A stretch of DNA of 64,000 nt from a virus: positions 9,638 to 73,637 of IMG/VR virus record IMGVR_UViG_3300036670_000256. One strand, 5' to 3'. This document shows, one piece after another, positions 1-11,700 of this stretch. Positions within the stretch are counted from its first letter, which is position 1. Every line of letters starts with the position of its first letter. The notes under the pieces are model-generated. The model was not told where the DNA came from and made no database searches. It saw nothing but the letters and a program-made list of their open reading frames with translations. A program made the translations under genes and the position numbers.

Positions 1-1
1 T

Positions 2-3000
2 TTTTCCACTTTTTTTAATTAGATTTTGTTTTTCAATTTTTTCGACAATTTTATTTATAAATTCTCTTTTTTCTCTAGCATCTGAAAATTCATCTGGCGC
101 TTGATCTTTGTCAAAAACTTGTTTAAAATCAGGAATAATTTCATCATCAGTATTATCTTCAGTATCTAAGTTTTGATCTTCGGAAAGTTGACGAATAAGT
201 TCTTTATCTTCATCGCTTAAGTTTTCGTTTTCTTCTTGTTTAATTTTTACTAAAGCATCAATTTCTTTTTTATTTTCTTCGTAAAAAACTTTAACGTCTC
301 CTTTTGGTTCTACACCTGCAGCAATAGATTCAGCAGTTTCATCAATTGCTTTTTCATTTTTTGCATTTGTAGTTTTTGCTTCTGGCTTTTTATTTGATGT
401 AAACTTGACTTTTTTACCAGTAGCTTTATCAGTAATGTTACCATCTTTTGAAACTAATACAGTTCCTAAAGATTTAAATGGAACTGCATTTTTTTGAAAT
501 TCTGCAACTTTAGCTAAAGCTTCATTTTTGTCTTTGGTCCAGTTAACTTGTCCGTCACTATCTACATCAACGTATTCAGTATTGCCATCTTTATCAGTAG
601 CAATAACTGTCATTCCTTTTGTTTTATCTTCCGCTGTACTATAAACTAATGTGCTAGGAGTTTCTATTTCGTAATCAATAGATACAGAACCATCTGTACT
701 TGTATTTAAACTTTGACCAAAAACTTTTCTATCTATACCATCAATGTTTATTATATCATCTGTATTAGCATTTCTAAGTTCATCTAAAGGATCTACACTA
801 GTTTGATCTTGTTTGTTTATTCCTAAAACTTCTGAAATAGTACTACCAATTCCTTGAATTTTATTCCATACTTGATTTCCAAGTTTACTTAAAGTTTTTG
901 CTTTTAATTTAGCTTTTTCTAACTGATTTCTGATTTCTTCTTCCGAACGTGATTCTTGTTCTTCAGTAGTTTCAAAAGATTCTTTTTCTGTGTAAATTGG
1001 ATTTCCTTGTGGATCAATAGTTACATCATAAGAAATTGGATTTGCTTTTTTTCCAATCAATAAGTTTTTTTGATTTTCTTTAGTTTTACCAATCATATTA
1101 GCTAATGGAGTAACTTTAGATTTATAAGTTTCTACCTCTTTTTTGATAGCTGTAGCTAAATCATTTTCATCGTCAATTGTAGCTTTTAATACATCTACGT
1201 TTTTATTAAAAATTTCAGTTTCTTCATCAACTTTAGTTTGTAAATGATCTTCTTCCATAAAATTAACTATGTAAGCTTTTTTACCATTTATTTTTAAATC
1301 TTTAATTGCATTTTGTTGAGTAGATGCTTTATCATAAATGGCACCATACTTATCAAAATCTTCTTCAGTAATTATTCCTTGATCCTTAAGTCCTTTAGCA
1401 AAATCTACAAATTGCTCTCCTTTACCTTCAAACACAAGTTCTGCCATTTGCGCTCTAATATGATAATCTTGAGTAGCTTTTTCGTCTGTTCCTTTTTCTT
1501 GAAACTTACTTAAACTTTCTGATCTACTTTCAAATTTTTGAGCTATATCAGCTTGTTTATTTACTAATGTTTTTAAGTTAAAAGCACCACCGGCCATTGC
1601 TCCCATTGCAGCAGAAATAACTCTAGTAGCTTCTGAATCTTTTGAAGTGTAAAAATCCATAAACCCACCATCAAAAATTCCAAGAACTCCTTGACTAGTA
1701 TCGTAATTTTCAGTTGCTGGTCCTTGATATCCTTCTAAGCTACCATGAACATCAGCATAGCCTTTCATTTTAGACCATTCTTCGTATGTTTCTTGAACGC
1801 TTTCTTCTAATCCCTCAAAAGCCATTTTACCTCCAATAGTTGCTAATTTTTTAAACACTGGAGAAATTGAATTTACAGCTAACGCAGAACCTTTTTTTGC
1901 TAAATTTTTTGCAGCTAATTTACCGCCAAGAGTTTTTAGCATACCACCACCTTTTCCGAAAGTCAATCCCCAAGATAAAATATCAGCGGCAAAATATTGT
2001 GAATTATTTAAAAAAGTTCCGGCTGCCATTTGTCCTAATTCTTCTTCCGAAAACATTGGTATTTCTTTTCCGTTTTCGTCAAGTACTACATTTCCATTTG
2101 CATCTGTTTGAGAAACTCCTTTGTAAGTGTTGTAAACTTCTCCAGCATTAGCCAAAGAAACGCGTAAATTACTTATCAAACCTCCAGCTGTTCCTTCAAC
2201 CATTTCTCCAAAGGTTTTTGTTAAAGTACCTCTATCAGTCATTACTCTACCCAATAAACCTTTTGCTTTTCCAACTTCGTTAATCCCTTCTGCACCACGA
2301 AATGCTCCGGATGTAGTTGCTCTAAGTTCTCCACGCAAAGCACTAGTTGCTGCTTTTTCTCCAACAGCTTCTCCTGCAGCAATAGCACCCGCACGTTTTG
2401 CACCAGCTTCTATAGTTCCTTTTAAAGCTCCCTTTAATCCAGACTGAACTAAGTTTTTTACACCACCAGCGGCACCATAAGTAGCCGCAATTTCCATAAG
2501 TTGAGGTAAAAACCTACCACCATGAGTAGACCAAAATAAAGGATCGGTTAAAGTAGAAAGTTTAAACTCAGGATTTAATATTTCTTCTGGCGCCCAAGTA
2601 GTATTTTCTGCTTGCATTTGTTCGCCTTTTTCTTGTAATGCTTTAGAAACCCAGTTGCCTTCATACATATCAAGATATCCACCTGTAAAAGCAGAACCAA
2701 GTACTTGAGCAATGTTTCCATAATCTCCAATCATTTGACCTAAACCAAACATCATATTGGTTTGAGTATTTTTAACAAAACCATCATTTACAACAGATGG
2801 CGTCCATTCTGATTTGTCTTTTTCAGCAATATTAGATTCTTGAGCGGCCATGCTTGTAAGAGGATCAAAACGTTCTGCATTACGGTCGTTTAATTCTTCT
2901 GCTTTTTGCGTTGGATCACCGGACATTTCTCTAGATAAATCAGGAATTATTTCTTGATTTTTTCTTTTGACTTCGTTTTGTGCAAAAGTTTCATTTAACC

Positions 3001-3109
3001 TTTGAGCATCGTTTTTTTCTTCTTCCGGAACAACACCTATTTGTTCTGGATTTTCTCTAAGACTTCTTTCTTGTTTAAGCTTTTGGAATAATTGATTTAT
3101 ATCTGGCAT
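2..3109 (-). CDS. N-terminal ~1036 aa of a giant virion cargo/ejection protein (runs off the window's left edge)
   Basis: ATG at 3109 (MPDINQLFQKLKQ...), frame appears open to the edge; Gly/Ala-rich segments; follows other cargo genes as in crAss-like phages. Confidence 0.7.
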   Translation of the reverse strand, partial: MPDINQLFQKLKQERSLRENPEQIGVVPEEEKNDAQRLNETFAQNEVKRKNQEIIPDLSREMSGDPTQKAEELNDRNAERFDPLTSMAAQESNIAEKDKSEWTPSVVNDGFVKNTQTNMMFGLGQMIGDYGNIAQVLGSAFTGGYLDMYEGNWVSKALQEKGEQMQAENTTWAPEEILNPEFKLSTLTDPLFWSTHGGRFLPQLMEIAATYGAAGGVKNLVQSGLKGALKGTIEAGAKRAGAIAAGEAVGEKAATSALRGELRATTSGAFRGAEGINEVGKAKGLLGRVMTDRGTLTKTFGEMVEGTAGGLISNLRVSLANAGEVYNTYKGVSQTDANGNVVLDENGKEIPMFSEEELGQMAAGTFLNNSQYFAADILSWGLTFGKGGGMLKTLGGKLAAKNLAKKGSALAVNSISPVFKKLATIGGKMAFEGLEESVQETYEEWSKMKGYADVHGSLEGYQGPATENYDTSQGVLGIFDGGFMDFYTSKDSEATRVISAAMGAMAGGAFNLKTLVNKQADIAQKFESRSESLSKFQEKGTDEKATQDYHIRAQMAELVFEGKGEQFVDFAKGLKDQGIITEEDFDKYGAIYDKASTQQNAIKDLKINGKKAYIVNFMEEDHLQTKVDEETEIFNKNVDVLKATIDDENDLATAIKKEVETYKSKVTPLANMIGKTKENQKNLLIGKKANPISYDVTIDPQGNPIYTEKESFETTEEQESRSEEEIRNQLEKAKLKAKTLSKLGNQVWNKIQGIGSTISEVLGINKQDQTSVDPLDELRNANTDDIINIDGIDRKVFGQSLNTSTDGSVSIDYEIETPSTLVYSTAEDKTKGMTVIATDKDGNTEYVDVDSDGQVNWTKDKNEALAKVAEFQKNAVPFKSLGTVLVSKDGNITDKATGKKVKFTSNKKPEAKTTNAKNEKAIDETAESIAAGVEPKGDVKVFYEENKKEIDALVKIKQEENENLSDEDKELIRQLSEDQNLDTEDNTDDEIIPDFKQVFDKDQAPDEFSDAREKREFINKIVEKIEKQNLIKKSGK

Positions 3110-3120
3110 AATTATTTTTA

Positions 3121-5097
3121 TTAATACATTTTGCTGTAAATTGCTAACCACTTTTCAGAAAACCCTTTTTGTTGTTCTTCTGAATTTTCTAATATTTTTT
3201 GAATAATAGAAATATCTGAATATTGTTTGTCGTCATTTCTAAGTTGTTTAGAATAATCAGTGTTTCCTTCTAATTCTGCAGAACGCATGAATTGAGTAAA
3301 AGCTTGTTCTTTAGAACCATCTTCATATATGTTTGGATCTCCTTGACTTTGAGAGGCAGCCAAATAAAATGATTTAACAAGGTTTGCTCTATTTCCACTA
3401 TCTACATATTTTGGATTAGTAATGTAACTAGAATTTATTTCAGAACGAACATGAGAAGCTGCTTTTTTGTTTCCATTAATAATTTGTTTGTATTGTTGAA
3501 TTTCTTCTTGTTCAATATCAGTAATTGCTTTTGTGTCTGCAAATTCTCTTTTACGTTGGTCACCAGTATTTAAAATATCTGTTTCATCATCTACGTTATT
3601 TGGATCATGATAAATTGCGTTACTTGCATTATCCCAACCTATATCGTGATAAAATATATGTCCTTCTGCGTCTTTTAAAACCATAACTCTTTTTGGTACA
3701 ATTTGAGATTCACCTAAAAGTTCATTGTATTTTTCTTGTCTTTCATTATGAATGTTTTTGGTAGGATCTCCTTTCCAGTTTCCTTTAACATTATCCATCA
3801 ATAAAAAGTCTTTGTTATTTTTATCAATACCACCACCCATCATAACAATAGAATCTACTGTTAAATCATATTTCTCTCCAAATACATCATCATCATCATT
3901 ATCGGAAATTCTTTTACCAGAAGGATCAAAAAGCCTTGTTGATGCAGAAAGAGTTACACCTTTAATTACATTTCCTTCTACTGATTCTCCTAATGAAGCA
4001 CCCCAGCTTTTAGCTGCTTGAGGAATGTTTAATTTAGTGTATCTAGCACCTCTAGGTTTGTAACCATTAGCCCATAAATTACTTTTATCACCATCGTTTC
4101 CGTCAATAAAATCATCTGTAGGAACGTCGTAAACAGAACCTAAATATTGCGATGCTTGATCTCCTAATTGATCAAATACATTACTGTTCCATTCTGTAGC
4201 TTTTATTTTTTGAGGAAGTCTTGACATTATTTCTGTAAGTCCTGTAGAATGAAAAGCTTTATAGCCTTTAGAATTTGGTCCTAATTCTAATTGTTTTTCA
4301 GCAACTTCTTTTTCTTTTTTAGTAGCTGCTATTTTAGCAAGTCTATCTAAACTTTCTTGTTGAAACTTTCTGTAAGCTAAATCTCTTTGCCAATCAGAAC
4401 CTCGTCCTTTGTATTGAGAATTAGTAAATGCAATTAAATCTTCTCTACTAGGATTTTGATTTTCAGGATAGGTCATTAAATAATTACCTAAAATTTTAGC
4501 GTAATTTTCTTTATTATAAAGAATATCTTCTGTTGGAATTTCTTCATCATAATCGTACTCACTAGCTGGAGGCATTTCAATTTCTGACATTTGTCCACTA
4601 TATGTAACAATACCACCTTTGTTTTTTTCGTAGTCTTGTAAATTTGCTTTGTCTTTAGGATTTAGTAAATGACCAAAACCTTTCATTTGCATATCTACAA
4701 TTCTGTCCATATTTTTTTTGTTGTCTAAATATTGACTAGATTCTTCTGAATTGGTGATGGCGCTTTTATAATCTGCCATTACTCTATGTCCACCATTTTC
4801 TAAAAACTTACCCATATTGCCGCCAAAAGTTTTGATATTTTCACGAATACCAACAGCCATATCTTTAGCTTTTCTATTTATTTTGTCTCGATCGGGCGCA
4901 AGTAAAGTATCAGAAAATTTAGAAACTTGTTCCATATAAGCTTGTTGCTTAAGTTGGTCTTGTTCGCTTTCTAATTTTTCTTTATCAAGTTGCTGCTGCA
5001 TTACGCCAAGCATCCCAAGTTCTTCTTTTTGAGATTCTCTTTTTCTTCCGGTATCGTATAAAGCGGAATAACCCATTCCTATAGCCCAATCGTTCAT
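3121..5097 (-). CDS. Putative virion cargo/ejection protein (658 aa)
   Basis: Long helical, Q/K/D-rich ORF in the cargo position downstream of the tail stabilization gene. Confidence 0.55.
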   Translation of the reverse strand: MNDWAIGMGYSALYDTGRKRESQKEELGMLGVMQQQLDKEKLESEQDQLKQQAYMEQVSKFSDTLLAPDRDKINRKAKDMAVGIRENIKTFGGNMGKFLENGGHRVMADYKSAITNSEESSQYLDNKKNMDRIVDMQMKGFGHLLNPKDKANLQDYEKNKGGIVTYSGQMSEIEMPPASEYDYDEEIPTEDILYNKENYAKILGNYLMTYPENQNPSREDLIAFTNSQYKGRGSDWQRDLAYRKFQQESLDRLAKIAATKKEKEVAEKQLELGPNSKGYKAFHSTGLTEIMSRLPQKIKATEWNSNVFDQLGDQASQYLGSVYDVPTDDFIDGNDGDKSNLWANGYKPRGARYTKLNIPQAAKSWGASLGESVEGNVIKGVTLSASTRLFDPSGKRISDNDDDDVFGEKYDLTVDSIVMMGGGIDKNNKDFLLMDNVKGNWKGDPTKNIHNERQEKYNELLGESQIVPKRVMVLKDAEGHIFYHDIGWDNASNAIYHDPNNVDDETDILNTGDQRKREFADTKAITDIEQEEIQQYKQIINGNKKAASHVRSEINSSYITNPKYVDSGNRANLVKSFYLAASQSQGDPNIYEDGSKEQAFTQFMRSAELEGNTDYSKQLRNDDKQYSDISIIQKILENSEEQQKGFSEKWLAIYSKMY

Positions 5098-5107
5098 ATT
5101 ATTTTAT

Positions 5108-7933
5108 TTAATGTATTGTGGGAAATTTATAAGCCAATTGTCTAGTGTCTTCTTGAATTTTACCAATAGTAGATTCTAAAATTTCATTATTATATTCTGA
5201 ATTTAAAATTTCTTCTTCTGCTTTAAAATTAGTGTTTTCTAAAACAGTATTTGTACTTTTCATTCTTTGCATTTCTGCTTGACTTTCTTCATTTATTTTT
5301 AAAGTTTCTTTATTAATATTTGCAATTCTTTCTTGAGCTGCAACAATTTCTGGATCTTTAGAATTTAATCCATTAGTATTTGTAGTTGGAAAAGCTGTTT
5401 GAACGTTTGGATTAGTATTTACTAATGGAGGAATTACAGTTTGTGGTAAACCACTTTCAGTTTTTGTACTTTCAACCTCTACAATATCTCCGTTTTCGTT
5501 GGTTTTTGGAGCTTGAGGGAACAATAAACTTAAGTCTTTACTAGAAGATGCTTCTTGAAGTTTTGATTCGTCTAACGCAGTATTTATTTTATTGTCATAT
5601 ACATAGTCTATCAAATTTCTAGTAATTTCAGAACGCGCACCATGCTTGGCTGAAAATTCAGACAACATATTTAATTGTTGTGGATTTAATGCTAATGCTT
5701 TTTTCTGAGTTTCCTTGTTTTTTGTAGTAACGGCTAAAGCTTCTGATTGTACTTTTTTCTGATAAGATAAAGTACCGTAAGTATCTCCAAGTCCATTATC
5801 TTTAATAGCTGGATCGATATTGAACATTTTTAAATACATGTGACTTTTAAAAGCATGATTTATACTACCAGGTTTATTGTCTTTGTAATATTGCACATTA
5901 TCTAATAATGATTTTATACTTCCAGCTACAAGCTCTCCACCGGCTCTTTTAGTAAGCATAGTATCCTGATACTTTCGTTCGTTATTTGCAATATCTCTCC
6001 TAGAGTCAAACTCATTTATGTATTGCATTATTTGACCGTACTTAGCTAAATTTTCATTTTTGGCCGCAGCATCACCTAATGCGAGATTTATTAATCCTCC
6101 TTGTTTTTGTGCATCTAATCTACCTAAATTTCCAAGTACTGTATTTCTGTTACCACCAGAAGCTTTAGTTATTTGCTCAAGTCCACTTTGGTAAACTTCG
6201 CTAATCATAGTTTTAGCTTTAGCTTCTTCTTCAGGTCGTAATCCAATTTGAGATAGCTTTGCTAATTCGGCAGCGTAATTCCTTACAGCACCCGAAACTT
6301 GTTCGTCACGTAATGGAATGTCTTTATTTGCCATTTTACTACCAATAGCAATACCAGCTGCAGAACCTAAAACATCTGCAAAAGGAAAGTCGTTTTTGTA
6401 GTTATTTGGATCGTAAGTTTTTTGGTCCGGATCAAGTATTTCCTGATTCCAATTATCAGTAAAATTACTTTCAGTTTCTTGTTTTCTGAATTCTTCTTGT
6501 AGTAGTTTTTTTTCTCTAACATCAATTTCAGATTGCTTAACTTCTTCTTCTTTTTTTACTGGAGTTTCTTCATTTGAAGTTTCTTCGTTTTCTTTAATAA
6601 CAATTTCTTCTTCTTCAATATCCCAATCAGCAATTGGAATTATTTGATTTGATTCTGATTTTTTAACTTTTATATCTTTAGGTAAATCAATTAATTTTCC
6701 ACTATAATTTTTACCTCCAGTTACTTTATTTAAAAGTATATTTTCATTATTTAAATCAATTTTCATGTCTTTACCTCGGTAAACATTTCCTTTGCTATCA
6801 AATTTAACAAGTTGAAAATTTTTATCTCCGGTAACATCTCTATACATTTCTTGGGTTTCTTTTAAATAATTATTTAAACTAAACTCTTTAAAACCTATTT
6901 CTTTTTGTTTTTTGTTCCATTCAATATTTCCTAAATCTTTTTGTTTACCATTAACACCATTAAAAGTTTCTGGTCTAGGAACAAACAAGCCTTCTTTTTT
7001 TAAATCTATTTCTAATTCTTTCTCGGTATCTTTTCCGAAATCTTGAACTGTATATTTACCTAATCCAATTAATTTGTTTGATTTTTTTCCTGTTTTAACT
7101 TTAGTAGTAGGATCTAGTTCTTCTCCTTCTATTGTGCTAACTGAATAGTTACTTAGAGTTTCAAGTCTAAAATTTAAATCATTTCTTTTTGAATTTAATT
7201 TATTGTTTTCAAATTCATTATTTTCTGTAATAAATTCATTAAACATACCAGCTGGTTCTCCTTTTGGACCAACTTCAATTAAACCTTTTTTGTAATATTT
7301 TTTATTTAATTCTTGAATTTTTAAAGCTTGTAAACTTTCAGAACTATCATTGTTTAAAATACTTTCTTTTTCTTTTTTGTAATTTTTAAATTCTCCAAAA
7401 GCTTCTCCTCGGTCCCATTCTTTTTTTAATGGAGAAAGATTGTTTTTTTTCAATCCAGAATTAAATCGATTTACATATTCCGACATAGAAGGATTTACTT
7501 TTGTAGATTCTCTGTCTTGATTATTTACTACAAATTTATAAGCTGCCTTTGGTTCAAAATGAACCATACCAGCAATAACATCATCTGTGTATTTAGTTTT
7601 TGGATTTGCTTTTTTTATAGCTTCTACTTGAGGTTTTACAAAGTTTTTAGCATAGTGTTCAAAGTATTCTTCTTGCAAAACTTTGTCATCTAAAAAGTCT
7701 TGATATGTAAGCATTTTTTTTCCTTTACTAGCGCCAAACTCTTGAATTCCTTTTACATTACTTGGAGTGTCTTTACTTTTCCACCAGTATTTTGGAACAA
7801 ACTGATATTTACCTAATGCTTGTTTTGTTTTATCAGGAATACTGTCGTTAGTTTGATCATATCTAGAATTTTCAGAACCATCTAAACCAGCTCTAAAATT
7901 TCTTAACCATTTTTCGTAATCTATTTTTGGCAT
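5108..7933 (-). CDS. Virion cargo protein with N-terminal lysozyme-like (muramidase) domain
   Basis: N-terminus SENSRYDQTN...ALGKYQF...W...FLDDKVLQE resembles phage lysozyme-like domains; the rest is coiled-coil and Gly/Ala-rich. Confidence 0.6.
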   Translation of the reverse strand: MPKIDYEKWLRNFRAGLDGSENSRYDQTNDSIPDKTKQALGKYQFVPKYWWKSKDTPSNVKGIQEFGASKGKKMLTYQDFLDDKVLQEEYFEHYAKNFVKPQVEAIKKANPKTKYTDDVIAGMVHFEPKAAYKFVVNNQDRESTKVNPSMSEYVNRFNSGLKKNNLSPLKKEWDRGEAFGEFKNYKKEKESILNNDSSESLQALKIQELNKKYYKKGLIEVGPKGEPAGMFNEFITENNEFENNKLNSKRNDLNFRLETLSNYSVSTIEGEELDPTTKVKTGKKSNKLIGLGKYTVQDFGKDTEKELEIDLKKEGLFVPRPETFNGVNGKQKDLGNIEWNKKQKEIGFKEFSLNNYLKETQEMYRDVTGDKNFQLVKFDSKGNVYRGKDMKIDLNNENILLNKVTGGKNYSGKLIDLPKDIKVKKSESNQIIPIADWDIEEEEIVIKENEETSNEETPVKKEEEVKQSEIDVREKKLLQEEFRKQETESNFTDNWNQEILDPDQKTYDPNNYKNDFPFADVLGSAAGIAIGSKMANKDIPLRDEQVSGAVRNYAAELAKLSQIGLRPEEEAKAKTMISEVYQSGLEQITKASGGNRNTVLGNLGRLDAQKQGGLINLALGDAAAKNENLAKYGQIMQYINEFDSRRDIANNERKYQDTMLTKRAGGELVAGSIKSLLDNVQYYKDNKPGSINHAFKSHMYLKMFNIDPAIKDNGLGDTYGTLSYQKKVQSEALAVTTKNKETQKKALALNPQQLNMLSEFSAKHGARSEITRNLIDYVYDNKINTALDESKLQEASSSKDLSLLFPQAPKTNENGDIVEVESTKTESGLPQTVIPPLVNTNPNVQTAFPTTNTNGLNSKDPEIVAAQERIANINKETLKINEESQAEMQRMKSTNTVLENTNFKAEEEILNSEYNNEILESTIGKIQEDTRQLAYKFPTIH

Positions 7934-7944
7934 GATTTATTTTT

Positions 7945-8712
7945 TTAATTAAGATAATTTAATTGATTTTTTCTAAGCTCGGTAAGATTAGCAATAGATT
8001 CTTCTCCATCTCTCATTCGTTGCTCTTGCTTTCTAACCGTTTCTCCTTTTAAAAGCATGTCTTCATACCTAGTTCTAACATCTCTACTGCGTTTTTTAGT
8101 ATCGCCAATATAATCTACAACACCTATAGTTGCTCCAATTGCGCCTCCTACAGCTGCACCAACTGGACCAGCAACAGACATTCCTGCTTTTGCACCGGAC
8201 ATTGTTAGGTTTAATCCATTCATTATTGATTCTCCTTCACTTTCAGAAGTTGACGATAAAGCGCCATAAGCACCTTTTCCAAACCCTAAAATTGATTCGG
8301 TTTCATTTTCTCCTTGAGTTCCTAAAAAATTACTTTTAGGCTCTTTTTCAATATTAGTATTAGGACCTGAACCAGCACCTTCTGAATAACCGCTATATGG
8401 ATTATCTCTTTGGTCGTCAGTAAGATTAATTGTTCCATCTGAATTAGAAGTTACAGGTTCTGTATTTGGTTTAGTTTTTTCTTTTCCGCTAAACATGTTT
8501 AAGACTTCTCCAAAAATATCTTTTTTAGGAGCTTTATCAGAAACTTTTATTTCTTCTTCTGCTTTTTGTCCTAAAGCTTTCATTTTTTCAAGTCCTTTTT
8601 GTTCCTCAATTTCTTGATCAAGGTCTGATAAAGATTTTCGACCTTTTTCTTCAAAGTTTTTGTAGTTGTTTTTAAGATCATCAAAACCACTCATAAAATC
8701 ATATAAAGCCAT
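7945..8712 (-). CDS. Small cargo/ejection protein with Gly/Ala-rich membrane-inserting segment
   Basis: GAKAGMSVAGPVGAAVGGAIGATIG glycine-zipper motif. Confidence 0.6.
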   Translation of the reverse strand: MALYDFMSGFDDLKNNYKNFEEKGRKSLSDLDQEIEEQKGLEKMKALGQKAEEEIKVSDKAPKKDIFGEVLNMFSGKEKTKPNTEPVTSNSDGTINLTDDQRDNPYSGYSEGAGSGPNTNIEKEPKSNFLGTQGENETESILGFGKGAYGALSSTSESEGESIMNGLNLTMSGAKAGMSVAGPVGAAVGGAIGATIGVVDYIGDTKKRSRDVRTRYEDMLLKGETVRKQEQRMRDGEESIANLTELRKNQLNYLN

Positions 8713-8723
8713 AATTTAATTTT

Positions 8724-11700
8724 TTATTGGTACGAATGTCGTACAAAGTTAATAAAAGAAAACACATCTACTTTTTTGTCATTTTTGCTTTCAATTTCAA
8801 ATTCCATTGTAGCCCATTCTCCACGCAAATCATCCCAATCATTTCTGTTTTTATAAGGAACGTTGTGTTTGCCTTCTTGTATTTGATAACGATGGTGTAA
8901 ATCGTCAATTACTCTAACTTGTCCTAAACTAGTTTTAATAGTTATTTTTTTAACAGGATAACTAATATTTATGTTTGCGGCCCAAGCTTTAAATATTTTT
9001 AGCATTTCTGGGTTTGGACTACATGTAACTAAAATTTTCATTATTTTTTGTTCTTCAAAGAAGTTCAAATAAATACCTTTATTTAATTCATGTAATTTAT
9101 TGGCAAGTATTGGACTAACTAATTTTGGTGCATAAACTCCATCGTTCCATACAATATAAATATCTTCGTTGTAATCAATAAATCCATTAAAAATCATTAG
9201 TTTTTCATTAAAAGAAATAGTGTAAGATTTTTCTTTTTCAGTTCTTAAACGAATATTTGTTTCTTTGTATTCATCGTCGTAATAACCTTCTGTATCTATA
9301 ATTTTGTCGTTTTCAAAAAGTTCTCTCATTTTTAAATGAAGCTCTCTTTCAATAAAAAATGGTTGATTCATTTTTATCCATTCAATTCTTTTTTCATCAA
9401 AAAATGTAAATCCACTCATTTTACTTCCAGAAATCATTTCTATTACAGATCGTCTTATTGAAGTTCCGTAATCTGAAATAATCTGATGATTTGTAACTCC
9501 ATCACCATTTCCTTGTTGCATTGATATTTCTCCTTGAGAAGTAGGTATCATTACGTTTTGATTAATTAATAATTTTGAACTTTGATGTTCTTGCATAACA
9601 TATAAATCGTTTAGATGTTTTGCCAAATTATAACCAACTCCTTTATCGCGTTCTAATTCGTAAAAGTTATTTACTTTAAATTGTGACCATTTATCTACAT
9701 AATCACCGTTTAATTTTGTTTCAGATACGGCAACAATATTACCCATGTTTGGATCGTCTCTAAATTTAAAAGGTTGAGGTATGTAACTTCTAAGTGTGTT
9801 TTCTTGAAGATAAGCTTCGTTTAAAAATTCATTCCAAAGTTGTAACCAATCAAAAGGTTTTCCGTTTTTGTAAAAACTTTCATTGTGATTCCACTTTGAC
9901 TCAACAGCAGTTTCTAAAACAACAGCATAACACCAGGCACCGTTTTTACGTTCTCCAACTTCTTGATTTTTTATACAATTTTCTGCATTATTTACAGAAA
10001 AACCACCTTCAACAGGATCGTTGTTATATTGGTTTTTGTTTCTAATGTACAAAGAAGAATAGGTATCTCCGTAAATTTTAAATACTTGAGTATTGTTTGT
10101 TTTTTTTAATACTGGTATTGTTTTACCTAATGGCACATATACGTTTTTAGAAAAGCTTAATTCAGTTCTCCCACCATAAACATTTTCTCTATTATTCATT
10201 ACAATATTTATCAACCCATGAGTATCATAGGTTTTTAAATTAGCATTGTAAGGATCAACTATTTCAGGATTTACAGTTATAGGAATTTGACCTATAAACT
10301 CATTTGTGAAAATATTTTCGCTGCATTTTATTACAACTGTTTTAAACCCAGGAGAGTAATTTGTTGTATTAAATATTTCAGAACGCGCACCATTTTCTAT
10401 ACCACATTTAGAAGACCTTCTGCCAAAAGCAGAATAAAACCAAGCTTCTTTTTGCATAGTCATAGCATTATTTGAAACTTCTTGACTTAAATTAAATTTA
10501 GATGCTGAAACTATTTCTCCGTAGTTTAATTCTTGAGCGTGATCAATTGGAATGCTATCATTTAGATATCCATTTCTTTCAAGAAAAACCGAAACGTTTA
10601 TTGCGTAGCTTTTTCGATTATCTACTCCAGCATGTTCTGTTTTGTAAATTTTTCTACTAAAAGCAGGATATACTTCTCCGGTGCTTTGTCTTATTGAATT
10701 TCTAGAATGATCTGTATTTAATCTACCTACCCTACTAATTGAACCGTTGTTTAATTTTGTAGTAGAAACTTTATTATAGATTATATCTGGAGAATCAAAA
10801 TAAATTAATTTTCTGCTTGTTGTAACTCGATTTTGCCACTCAACATTTTCAATACTATTTGGATCTTCGTCAAACCTTTCTAAACCCTTTTTATCATAAG
10901 TTGGTCCACCATAATAAGGCAAACACCACTTGTTTGCAACTGGTTCTGGTATTTGAACATTTTCAGAATGTTTAAAACTATTTACTCTTTCCATTGGTGC
11001 TGAAATACCTTGACAAAGAATTGTTTTATTTTCTTCTTCTCGTTCTACATAGACTAATTGATACATTGAAATTAGCTTTTGAACTTCACAATTTAAACGA
11101 ACTTCTACTTTTAAAGTAGTTCGTTCTGCCATTAGTTTATCTCCAATTACTCTTGAGTTAGCGTATGTTTGATTAATGATTATTGCATTTCCAGCATCGT
11201 TAATATATTTTTTAGGTTCATTTAAAGCCGGAACCATAATATCACCTAATGGAATTACAAATAATTGATATCCGTTTTTGTCAAATATTTGCAATCCTAA
11301 ACGATAAATTTCTCCTTTTAAAAATCCTTTTTTTCCTGATGGAGCTTTAATATTTAATATTGGTTCTGCGGTAGGAAATTTAGCTGTAGCTTTTTGTAAA
11401 ACTTCTTCTAATTCAGTTTCGTATGTCACTCTAATTCCGTTGCCTTGATTAAAACCTAAGCTTTCTGCGCCGTAAACTAAAGGACCATTAACGATTAAAT
11501 TTACAAACTGAATATCTTCTTCGACAGCTTCTGTTACTTGTTCTGTAGAATACTCAAATTTATAAAAATCCATATCTGTATTTACAGTTGAATCAATTGG
11601 CGAAAACAATAACTTGTTTTGAATTAACTCAATTTTTAAATTAGGAAAGTAGGATTGAAATAAAGGCGTTAGTTGAATGTTATTTAGCCAATTGTATACT

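Noticed and set aside
554-568. DVDSD (DxDxD) in the giant cargo ORF as a virion RNA polymerase active site
   Set aside because: Context (TDKDGNTEYVDVDSDGQ) lacks the G(S/A)DFD-type RNAP motif; any RNAP domain may lie outside the window.
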